Assembly: GCA_030141605.1 (NCBI GenBank)
Contig: JAQGDQ010000245.1
Location: forward strand, 186,001-250,000
Reading direction: 5' to 3'
Source of the DNA: Tubiluchus corallicola
Taxonomy: Eukaryota > Animalia > Priapulida
Length of the DNA stretch: 64,000 nt
The notes under the pieces were generated by a model. The model was not told the origin of the DNA. It saw nothing but the letters and a program-made list of their open reading frames with translations, and searched no databases. The translations under genes and the position numbers were made by a program. This document shows positions 40,001 through 52,305 of this stretch, one piece after another. Every line of letters starts with the position of its first letter. The stretch's first letter is position 1.

Positions 40001-42389
40001 CTGAAACACGTTTAGATAATTAATTTGTTTTATTAAGTAACTCGGAGTAACGTAAATTTAACAACTTGAAAACTCGTAATGATCTCAGTAATGAAAATTT
40101 GAAACACAATTACGAATCTGTCAGCGTCTGAAAGTGATACTGCTTCTAACGCAACGTGTAATAATGACACTGTGGATATTACTTTTAACAATTCGCCAAA
40201 ACATAGAGCTCAAAGACAGCGTAGACGGCAACGTAACTTGAGTATTTGAGTCCTCGAGGGCCATATTGCCAGTTGTACAACACCGCTAAATTTTTCCAAG
40301 TTTTTAGGTCATTCTTTTCTGAAATGCGTATGTAAAATAATTACGTTTCGCCTTGACCTTGATCTGAATTGACTTTTCTAGTTCAGTCGGAAAGTAGTTC
40401 TGTGATGTAAAAAAGAACGACAGCTCAAGTTATACTTCCACTACCCATTTTGAAGAGATAAATGGGTAGGTTAAAACAAATCAAACGCACTGACGTAGTT
40501 TGATGGGTGACAAAACACAAAACATGGGCGAAACCTTTTATGCATTGCTGTGTGTGACTAGGCCAAGTTCAATCAACACCAATAATATATTTCTTTACTT
40601 GCGTGAGTCTTACTATGTCCGAACCAAAACTGGCAAGCTTAATTTAATTCACAGCATGGTGTGCACTGTGCAGTGATATTTTTCCATACTGTCATTATAC
40701 TTTCCGCTCAGCTATTAGTGCTGCAGCCGATCGATTTTGTTTTTAAATTTATCAGAAACTCCAGGAGCCTGAAAGCTCTTTTTGAGTTTTTGAGGCTGTC
40801 ATAGAAATTCCAGTTTAGCACACGCTCTAGCTGCTAAATAAAAATAATATACCATATAGAGAAGAAACTTCCACGTTAATGAAATACATGTCTACTGAAA
40901 ATGCTTTTGACATAATATACAAAAAAGCCAGTTTAAAAAAATACAGAACGAAAAAATCTCGTTCGTGTTTTATGGTAAAAATACAAACAAACTCTGCGCT
41001 ATGCGGACCACCAATGCACATTTTCCTCTTAAGGGTCCAAAAGGTACCGGGCGCTGAAGTTGTTGGAGCGACGTTTGGACACTGATGTTCAGGTGTCTAG
41101 TTCATGGGTCTTGAGGAATGATAAAAATGTGCATTCGTTTGAATACGCAGTGCGTATTCGTAATTTGTCATTCATAACTTACTCAGACATTCGAAACGTA
41201 TGATAAACAGATTACCATACGTGTAGCAAAATTCGCCAATCTCAAGAGGTTACTTATTAAACTGTCTCAGAAGTCAGTCATACTGCACTGCTATGGCGCT
41301 GCTCAAACTAGAGTGCCAAGGCGACTGCTTCCTATTCACAGTCCGAGCCCGACAGGCTGAATGTTAACCTCACTAAGTCTTTGCTGCCACGCGTACTGAA
41401 TACATAAATATGGGCTAGCACTGTAAAGGACAAGCTGTTTGCAAGACAGTTTCCATATTCTACTCAATCATATAGAATCCATTGATATCCAGCAGTATCG
41501 ATCAAACTGCTGAGATCAATGTTCCTACAGATTGTGTTTATTAATTTGCCATTTGCGTGTATAGTGAGTAGCATGTTATCCTAACAGAAGCACTACATAT
41601 TATAACCACAGCTCGGTGTCACCTATACTGAATTCCTTTCACTAATCAAATAAATTCCATTGATCGCCATGCACTCATATTGGAGCCTAAATTAATAAAA
41701 CAAACTTAACCCGGAAAGACGAGACGTCAATACACAGCAAAACTAGGAAAATAAATCAACTCTAAATACACCATCATGGCAAAATTACATGGTCAGTAAC
41801 AGAATTTTATACCACGCTAGTTGCAGATATAAAAAAGATATTTTTATTAAAAGCAACTAGCGTGGTATAAATTTATCATAAAAATTACATGCGTACGGTT
41901 GCTAAATCTACTATTGCTGAAAAACTAGTTTTAAGCAAATTAGCTAATGCTGAAAAAGATATGCACAGAAACCACGAATTAGGGGAAATAGAGCAAACTT
42001 CGCACACGAAAATGATTGTGTCATTTAATAATTTCGTCGCGGATGAAGCACACTGCTCATGTTATTTGTCATCCACACAGCAAGACCTGATAGAAACCAC
42101 AAGAGGCCACGAGGCTGAGAGCATTTTGATTTTGTTAAAGTCCTACAGTGGCTTTTGCTTGTCTGAATGCTGAAGTGATAGAAGCGAAGCCAAACTGGCA
42201 ATTTTGCTGTTTATCGCTTTCTTTATTGTAGCTTTCTAGAAGGAAACTTCTAGGTTTAAGATAATTTATGACATACTGAACTGCACAAAATTCCTTTTTA
42301 AGACTACTAAAGGCTGGTAAAGGTCGTATTGTGGGCCTGAGTGTGGAAAACACATGTACTTTTCCATTTATTGCTTGCTTTATTGAACA

Positions 42390-42766
42390 CATCGAAACTC
42401 TTCAGTCTTCTTCCAGACTTGAGATTATGCACGATATTCCGAACAGTTTAAAATTATTAAGATGTTGTAGAGCGTTGTCGCATCTCTATGTAGTGGGCAA
42501 ATGCACACATGATAGTATCATACAAATTAAAACATACTTGTTTAAAATAGCATATCAAATGATTTGTCGTCATAAGCTTGTATTTTGTGAATCTGGGTGT
42601 TTTTTATGTATTTTCTTACTGTAATTTTATGGAATTTAATAGGATTACTGTTTAAGTCTGTCATGATGATTTTAGATATTTTTTATGAATCGTCTTTGAA
42701 TATTGTCAGTTGTGTTGTCTATAGATTTAGGCGTTATACAAAATAGATACTATCATTATTATTATT

Positions 42767-42819
<53 letters not shown>

Positions 42820-42820
42820 T
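42390..42820 (+). mobile_element. L2-like LINE 3' remnant with (ATT/ATC)n tail
   Basis: Translates TLQSSSRL..IP..RALS..IKTYLFKIAY, resembling the L2 C-terminal LRSSS..VP..RAFS..LKTxLF pattern. Followed by a T-rich UTR, GGCGTTATACAAAAT and an (ATC)n run. Confidence 0.6.
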
Positions 42821-45800
42821 ATGGGTTAACCCTAAGTGACCAACAGTCCTCAATTATGTAAGAGAGAAGTTGAAACTGTGGCATCTACATAATTCACCAT
42901 TTCGTCTATTTACCAAATAAGCAATCCATTTTAAGTTGGTAGAACTTAAAAAATAAAAACAAAACGAACCGCGTGCTCAGGCAATCTCAGTAAAAATGGC
43001 GAATTTCACATAAAGACATTTCAATAATTGGACTGAACAATGTGTATGCAATGTCTTACTTATAACAATTGCATCAACTATATCAGGCAGGTCTCCACAT
43101 TGAAACAACTGGTTGTTTCTTCAAGAATAGACGGGGGACTACCCCGGACCAACACTCAAGGACAAAGAGACTAGAAATTTTTTATACATCTATCCTCAAC
43201 GAGAGAGAAAGCCAGGAAAAGTATGGCGAATGAAACCCCTAAGAGGCAGTTTTCCTATGTCGCTCACTCAATCAGGTCAGGCATTTTTTGACATCACAGC
43301 CAAGCATCTGTATCATGCATTTTCGGTATTTCCATCAAGCAAAAACAATCCTTAAATGCTAACTGATAAAAGTAGGATTCGTTCGCGAGATGCGCTTAGC
43401 CCCAGTAAAAATGATGAACAAAAGCGATGCTTTATTCATGTTTACACTGAGAGAAATGCACTAGCACGTTTAATTTAAAAAACATTTTCGCTAAACGACG
43501 CAGACTGTGAAATTGCCATTTTCAGCCAAAATTACAAAAAGCCATTAGCGCCTGGCTTTGCATAAAACAACAAAACGATTCGATCAGCTGTCGTTTATGA
43601 ACTTGAGAATTCTGTAAAGGACGAGCGCCGTACGGCGCATGCGCAGACGCACTGGAAGATTTTGATCACAAGATTTCATTGTGACACTGTCCAAACATTG
43701 GTACAGCAGCGAACACTAATATAATCTTTGCTATAATAACAGCTGAGAAATTGATTTGCTTCTTCAGTCGTATTGTGTATAACTAACTACTGACAAAATC
43801 AAATTCACACACAGATAATAATACTGATCCTGCATCTTCAAAGCATTGATAAACGGTTTGAAGTACCGCCTGTTGATCAATGTACTTAGACAATGTAGAA
43901 TCACCAAAGCTACTATAGATGTGTGTCGGTGCATTTTAGTATTTGAATAGCATCTCAAAAATAATACGAAGTTTATTGCTATATAAAAGATACAAGATAA
44001 TACAATATACAATATTATAAATCCCATAGCCTGCACAGTACAGTTACCAATCGTGGAAATTGTAAAAAGTGCAATCGAAAAGTGATAAGACAATCACATG
44101 TGGTGGAAAGTCACATTTGTTGATAGTGGTGCTACAGATAAACTCTATAAAAGACTAATAGTCACTGTACTAGTCATAATTGTTATTGTGGTTGTGTTGT
44201 TGTTGCTGGTAGGCGTGGCTGATGTGTTGTTGGTGGTGGTGACGGTGGTAATAATGGTGGTCAGATGATGTTCATGGTTGTTATTACAGAACCAATATAA
44301 TGCAGTCCTCGTCGTCATTGACATCACTGTCATTTATCAAGGAACGTGCAGATAACCTTGTTCACTTGCACAGTCCACACTGTTTGTACTTTTGTCGGTT
44401 TTTCCTTGCATGTGGCATATTCGTTTACAAGCTATGGAATTACTGATGAACATGCAAGGACATTAAACCAGTGAATGAAAAAAACCTCAACTGATGGCGT
44501 TTGAAGTGCATTTAATTAAATGCAAAATTATGAGCAAGTCTTGAAAATGTCGCTTTATCTCAAGTGGCTAGTGATCGCAGTAAAAGCCAGGAACTTTCCC
44601 TACATAGATATCAGGCTTTCAATTCTTTGCCTTATGTAATTTTAAGTAAAAAGGTTGCGATATTTTTCCGTTCAAACGCCTTTCCGTTTCCGGGACGTCA
44701 ACTGAAACTTTGGATTAATTTGTGACATATGATTAAACATTGGATCTGGCAATCTCACAACGACATTTCGTGCGTCACCATGCACGATCATTACTCGATC
44801 ACGTGTATCAGTCATCTGTGCGCCAATAAATTGCCGTTAAAAGTGCATTGTCCAGCTGACACTTGGCCACTTAACGGCAGTAAAAGTTTTCCTGGAGCAA
44901 AGCCTAGCAGCTTCAGCACTGAACCCTGCTGAATGCCATGCAGGTTTTATTCAATTACGCCATACAAATTTCCACTCGTCTGCCTAAGTGGTTTGGAAAA
45001 TGCAATTGCCAGGCAGGCAGCAAAATATTCTACCTGCCAACTCTGTTGCGCTCTTACGAACACTTACGGCGAGAGTTTCGATCAAAATTGCAGTGTTACG
45101 CTGTAAACTATAAATAAGCAACACTAGACATCACATTTTGGACTGAAAAAATAAAAGCAATAGTAGTAAGCTGTAATAAATTACATTAAGCTGCTGCACG
45201 TACCTTGTGGACGCTCACCGCACTGTCACTTACGTCTTAAAAAGAATAATGCCACTTGACAGAAAGTGCATTATTGTATTATGTGCTCTCAGGTGGATTA
45301 TACTGTTAGGTTTATATGTTGCCTCACAGCTTGTCCTTTAGTCGAAGGCTACAGAAAGTAAGCGTATTATTGTGATTTCGTTATACCTACCGTCAATTTG
45401 TTTTGACGAAATGCAATTTCACACATTATATACTCGTATGATACCGACGTTAGACACCATCATCGCCCACATGCCAAACTAGGCACACTCGTAGTTTTTT
45501 TAACTTTCTTTTAACTATTTGCCCTAAACAAGATTAACTAGTGGACTTTACGCACTATAGTACAAAAACTGGAAATACGCATCAGGTGCAGAAAAATAGA
45601 ATTTTCATTACCAGTGATAGTAACTTATTGGGTAACATGCTACTGTTGAGGTAAGCGAAGTTGTACTTAACAGGAAAATGATTTTCTAATAAAGATTTCA
45701 TAGACAAGAGGCCAAAGGGAAAACTCGATAAGTCCCGGTTTGATAAGTAGCAGCAGCAACAAAAGGGTACGTCAAGCAAATATTTAACCTTTAGGAACCA

Positions 45801-47507
45801 GTGAAGCGTGATCTTGAGTAGGTGAATTTGGGGTTCGGGACGGAATCAATGGTACGGGATGCTAACTGAGTGGGGATTTTTCGGGGTTCAGGATGAAGTG
45901 GTCGAGAACGACGTACGGGTAGGGACAAAAGGTTTGGAATCGGAATTCCCGACTGGGGACTGACTAAAAAGCATTAGCTGCTTCAGCAGATTTTAGATAG
46001 GAAATATACTAGTAGGAGTGAGACGAAAATCATAGAAAATATTTTTCGTAAGGTGGTACCATTCTTTTATATATTATGTAAATTGTTCCCATATTATTGG
46101 CAAATCAAAACCCAACCAGAAAGTACTTACAAGACGTTTAGAAAAAGCGGTTGACAATATATATATATATATAAATATACATGTACATAATTCTTTATTG
46201 CAACTGTTATACATATGCAAGCATCATATATACATGTAAAAACAAATAATACAAACGAAATGAAACACAAAGATTTCAATGTAAAACTTATACATCTATT
46301 ACAAACGATATTAAACATCAAACAAATGATACATATAACAATATAATACAAATTCAAATTATACAAGGACATCAAAAACATTCATTTCTGCACAAAACTA
46401 ATATATAAATAACATCATCACGTTCATCTTAACGGAGTACATACTTATATAACTTTTTAAAACCAATTAAAACTTGTTGTGGTCAAAAAAGTCTGCACGC
46501 TATTTACTTTGTCTCCTTTGTGGACAGGTCTGTCATAATTATAATTATGTAATTTTTTCAATAAACTTCTAAAACTAGAAATATTAGTTACTTTTTTGTT
46601 TCAAAGGGTAGGGCCGGTTGGTCATTCCACAATCCACATGGTGATTATTGATTTACCTATAGATTTGCGGCCATATTTATTGTTAATGTATTTTATATCA
46701 CGCGATGCAGCTTGATTAACAAAGTTTCAATACGTTATCACGAAATTTAAAAGATTAGTACCTTAGTAATTGGCTCATTTTTCTTGATATGCCTCAAAAA
46801 TTGAAGGTAAAGTTGTTTTTGAAATATTATAAAATAATATTTTGTAAGTTATATGTCTTTTAAAAGTTAAAGTTTGGTGTCAGGAACGGGATTCAGGAAA
46901 GTTCGGGATGGAAATTTAGGGGTCGCGATCTTGAGAACACTTTTCACTAGCTTTTATTATAGTATTTTAGTGCAGTGTAATGTAAATGTTTTTATGTTTT
47001 TATATGGCTTTTATGCTGAAATAAAAGAATTCTAACCCAACCTAATCTAATCTAATTAGGAGTAAAAGCAGCTTAATATAGCAACAGGACTTTGATAACC
47101 AGGAATTTGCATAGCTAATCCCAAATCAGATTCAGTAAGACTGACAATACGATTTGCAATTTGTAGGTGGGTTAAGGTAGCAATCACACATGTATGTGTA
47201 AATGATCATATTTCTGTACCTGTCAACCGTATTACGCACATTATATTATGCAGCAACAAAATTGCGGGCGTCTGTTTTGTCACGGCAGTGTGTCGTATTT
47301 CTCATTCAATGAAATAGGTTTCTTTGGAGTTATTTTAAAATAATTTTGGGGTTACAATATGGCATTTCATGCGAATGAGTAAAAGCGATGTGACATAGTA
47401 CAAAGATACCAGCAGTACAGATATAAAGATGAGGCTTACACTTATTGAATAATCCAGTTGGTTTGGGTCACATGGGTCACATAGGTGATGGACTGACGGA
47501 TCAAGAC

Positions 47508-47968
47508 TAATGATGGGCGATTTTGAAAATTCGCAATTCGATTATAATCTTGTTCTTGTAATTCGATATCACGATTAATCTTTTTGCGATTTTTCAATGA
47601 TTGTAGTGAAATATAACCTATAATTTCTTCACAGCTTCATCGTTGCGTGTCGTTTTCATACTGGGAAACTATTTTTATACGACACATACCTGCTTTTCGT
47701 TAACTACTCCATGACTGGTACATTACTACACGCGTCACATGTCAACGAATTTGCAACACTGTGGTTCACAATTGTGTGCATTGTGGAAGATGAGAAAAAT
47801 GAAGAAAAACGCAAAAAATTCGGTTTATTTGTGCTAACATGCTTCCTTTTGGTCAGTGTTCAACATGTATATTTTGCTCTCGATTAATCTCGATTAATTG
47901 AATTACTGTTCAACGTCGAATAAATCGATTTGTACATGGTTGTTATCTCGATTAATCGCCCATCACTA
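47508..47968. mobile_element. hAT-like MITE, apparently nested in a smaller hAT-like element (~47453-48000)
   Basis: TIRs TAATGATGGGCGATT / AATCGCCCATCACTA, with sub-terminal CGATTAATC repeats. TCAAGAC occurs on both flanks (approximate TSD). Outer arms CCAGTTGGTTTGGGTCA / TAACCCATTTCAAACTCAGG. Confidence 0.7.
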
Positions 47969-50796
47969 AATTCAAGACGTAACCCATTTCAAACTCAGGC
48001 CAGTCATCCAAGTTACAAAAAGTATTGACCTACTTGAACATTCGACTGAAGGTCAGACCATAAAAAATATGGAACAAAGAAAAATCTTAAACAGAAGACA
48101 ACTGCAGGAAGATAAATATAAATCATCGTAAATAAGTGAAATTGTATCAGCGTAATATGTTACTGCTAATCGAATTACGATAGAAACAGTCAGTCTGTTA
48201 TAACTTATGCGTAACAAAATTAGAAGTAAAAGAAGCCATAATATGACTTCGACTAGAGATCGAAACGTCAACTATTTGGACAGCTGTTGTATTCACCTAT
48301 CTGATACACCAGCCATGAAGCGATATCGATCTTACCTGGTGAAATATTTAACAATTTAGCCACACACACAGGTATGGCTGGTTAGGCTGTAAAATCGTTT
48401 GCGCTGATGCAAACGCTAAAACGCAGAACACAATTACGGAAATCGCTTGCATATCAAAAACCGTGATGAATGCGCACACGATCAAATAAAAATTTATGAG
48501 CGGAAAGATTATTACTTCAGTGCTAGTATATGCAAGCGCCAGCGGTAAAAATAAATGTTAAGATAATCGTAGTATTCTGAACTTTATACCAACATTACAC
48601 ACAAAATACAATTACCATCATTAATACTAATTTAATAACTTTGCAAGAGGTTATATACTACTTCATACAGTATGGAAAAAATGGTGGACCCATAATCTGA
48701 CTACATCAGTCGTTGCTGAATTCGTTCTAGTATATTCCCGATAAACTTTCATGACGATCCAATGTAGATTCATTTTGACGTAACCGTAGAGGCTTTTTCG
48801 AAAATGGTGTTTTGCTTTCAATGATTGCAGTCTCTCGAAACCTTTTCTAAAATTTAATTACGTGTAATATTAAAATGTTGATACTTATAAGTGCACTTGA
48901 TTGGTTTCCTTTAGAAGGAGCTACTTTTATTTGTTAATAGTAGTTTGTTTGTTGGTCGTCAGACTGAGAAGCGGGGCATTTATTTTTGCATTTTCTTGTG
49001 ATGTATTTTGCACATTAATGGAAATGAATTTGCATTCGTATTCGTACTCAGTCGATTTTTTTTAATTATTTGTATTAGTTTTGATGGCGATCAATTGCGA
49101 ATTCACGAAGCCTTAGGCTTTTTTTCAAAAGGTCATCTAGAGATTACGCCAATAAAAAACACGTTTCACACGACGGTTAGTTTTTGACCAGTCATTAGTT
49201 CATTTTTGTTTGAACCTAAGTCTACTAAACGCTCAAGATGCTCCAGACGTTACTGAAGCCGCTTCGAATTGTAGTTAATACTTGTTAAGTATTGAACAGT
49301 GGCTGAGCTAAGGGAAGTTTTCCCGACGCCTGTGGTTTCCCAGGCAATAGTGCATATAGTACGATATTGGCTGATGTATCTATATTACAGTAATCAATAC
49401 AAAGTGACGCAAGCACGCCGCAGGGCAGAACTACTGAGGAATAAGTGAAGCTCCAGAGAGTTCATTAATGCACTCTTAACGTCAGTAACAGGAAAGAGCA
49501 GTTAACACCATCGCGATGTATCTAGATTTAGACGGAACATTTTGAAAAATATTCGGTTCTTTATTTTGTCTAGTGGGTTATGGAAACCAGTGCGAAACTC
49601 TGCTGCTTTAACAGTGATAGCTACATAAAATCAATGACCATTCCATGCATGTGTTTCCAAAAATAAAATATTCGTGTACATTCTTCGTAGTATACAATCT
49701 TAGATAACCCTGAGTACTACAAGAAACATTCTTTGGTGCTGTTATTGGAGGTCGTAGGTGCTCACATCTTAGGTAATGAGGTTGCAGATGCTAAGTGTGC
49801 ACTAGGAGTGCACAGGCATGCGGGAAAGAAATTTACAATTTAATTTTACTGATCGCCAGACTTATCACAACGTTTTTACAAAGTTCACATCATTCACAAT
49901 CAGATATCTAATAACAACAACATTTAAGTCGCTCCCAAAGGTAAACATTTGTTGCTCTGTCAACTGTCATGCAGCTATTTGCCGCTATTGTACAGGCTTC
50001 AGCACTTCATGTATCTTACGCCAGCACAGAAAATGCAAAATTCATATAATGCACACGTTGCAGTTTTTAAAAATATCAACACATTTTTAATTCTTCCGCC
50101 GTATAATTTTTGTGGCGCCGTACTACTTCCTCTCATTGGATGTTTCACTTATATAGACGTAAGTTAACAAATGCAGGTAGGACACACACTGATATGCGAC
50201 CCGTATCAAAGCAGATGGAGCAATTATGAGAGGCAAGAACGAGAATATTTTCTGCAGCAGCCTAAGTTTTCGCAATTTTATTTCGCTGCAGTCAAAATAT
50301 AGGAACTGTATTGAAAGACCGATTAAGATTAGAAATAATAATATGGCATCTTAGTACTTATATTTGGCGCCAGGCCTGGTAATAAAAATTTCACATGCCT
50401 AGTAAAATTTGTTGTAATTTTTATGATGACCCCTAGGCCTCTTTCACAGTTAAGCAAGTTAAGCAATGCGAGATCTGGTGAGCCACTTATAACAAAATTC
50501 TCTTAACGAATCTCCTTATCACAGACTGCATGATGCTGAAACTGCTTCCTAAAGCTATAAAACCTACACTTAACACCGCGTTTAGTCAGTTTCTGAACAT
50601 TTTCAAAACGATTCACGCAGAATTATTATTACAAGAAGCGAATTTAATGCACGGTACAGCACGTCCTCCGGGATTGATTTATCTACAAAATTGCCTTCTC
50701 AGCGAAGTATTAAGAAATGCACCAAAGATTCTTATAGATCACGAATTTAGTTCGGCCCTTAGGGGAAACTGGAGAAATTTAAGGCAGTGAAAGAGG

Positions 50797-50797
50797 C

Positions 50798-50861
<64 letters not shown>

Positions 50862-50870
50862 GCAGAGACA
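50797..50870. repeat. (GA)n microsatellite
   Basis: Long AG dinucleotide run. A shorter one lies at ~23855-23885. Confidence 0.95.
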
Positions 50871-52305
50871 AATCGCAGTCACCAAATTGAAAATACAAGA
50901 TCCTGTACAGGAGCAAACTTATTTCGTGTTTCTCAAGACTCACTAAGGCTTCATGTTACTTGTATCAGGTAATGAAACCTGGCAAGCGACTGTAATACTC
51001 GCCTGGGAAATAATTGCGTGACAGCGACACACAAAAAAAGAAAATTACAGGTAATTTGTCAAAAAAGCAGAGCGACTTCGCTGAAATAATCACTACTTGC
51101 TTGAAGGAGAGTAGTTGGGCGGAATTACAATTCTAAGCTTTTCTAAATCTGTTATTTCTGAATGCAACTTGTGCATTCTAAATGTCAACTGCAACATTTC
51201 AAATATAATCCACGAGCAATTGCAATGCAAAATCCACAGCGACGCTAAAATTTAATCTGCAGCCTGAAGTCAAAACGCCCAACGCTAAAACACGGTAATG
51301 TCTGTTGTTTTGAGTACTATAAAACGAATACGTTTACTCTTTACATTATAATTAAGTTAACGAATTACATAATGAAAATGTTTTGTGAAAAGGCTGTTAC
51401 AAAAATGACTATTATTTGCTAAATTAAGCTAAAAAATGCCTGAGCATTTGCATTTTTATCCTGTTAAGAATCTGATTCTGGTGTAACATGATTTAACATC
51501 AGTACTAAATGATTTAACCCATATTGATAAATGCATATAATTTCTACACACATGCATAAAATTTATAGGTAACACAACTGTGCAGCTCACCTTACCTAAA
51601 AATTTTAATTGCACAAAATGTTCTTGAACATCAGATGCTGCACATTTCACAGCGTGTCTTCATGCAACTCAGGACAAACAAGTTTCTTAATGAATTCGTG
51701 CAGAAGAAAATTAATATTTATGGCGTGTAATATATGAGAACTGAAATATGCCTGTAGAAAATGTGTATTATAATATTTAGCTGTTGTACAATTCCAAGTT
51801 TACAGCAACATTCCACAAAGCAAACTTCTGGTTTGGGTGATTCTGCTTTGTTTTACTCAAATAATCTAATAGTAGTTTTTAGGCCATGCTACTTGATAGA
51901 AATGCATGTCATACAATACACTGCCTTATACTGTATATTTATGTACATCTTTTTTGTTCAATGTAATATGTCACATAATACATTAGTCTTTATCTGCAGT
52001 GCAAGTTTGTACTACAATAACGGCTATGCAAGAGGTAGCTTAAGAGCTTTTTTACACAAAACGCAAAGTTACGTAAAGCCAGCAATATAATTATAAAAGA
52101 AACAAAGTCCATTAAAAATTTGAGCTTACCTCCAGAATTTTTCCTAATAGAAAACACTGTTAAAGTGACGAAGCCAGCCGATAATGCACACCAACTATGC
52201 AGCAGCTCACAACCTGTAGCATTGAATAAACTAAATGAATCTATTGAGCTGACCCTATAGTAAATCATTAAATACATTGATTCACGTGCTGCCATCTACG
52301 TGCAC

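Noticed and set aside
44912-44935. RE1/NRSE-like TTCAGCAC upstream of complexin
   Set aside because: Only the left half-site is present; the GGACAG half is absent.
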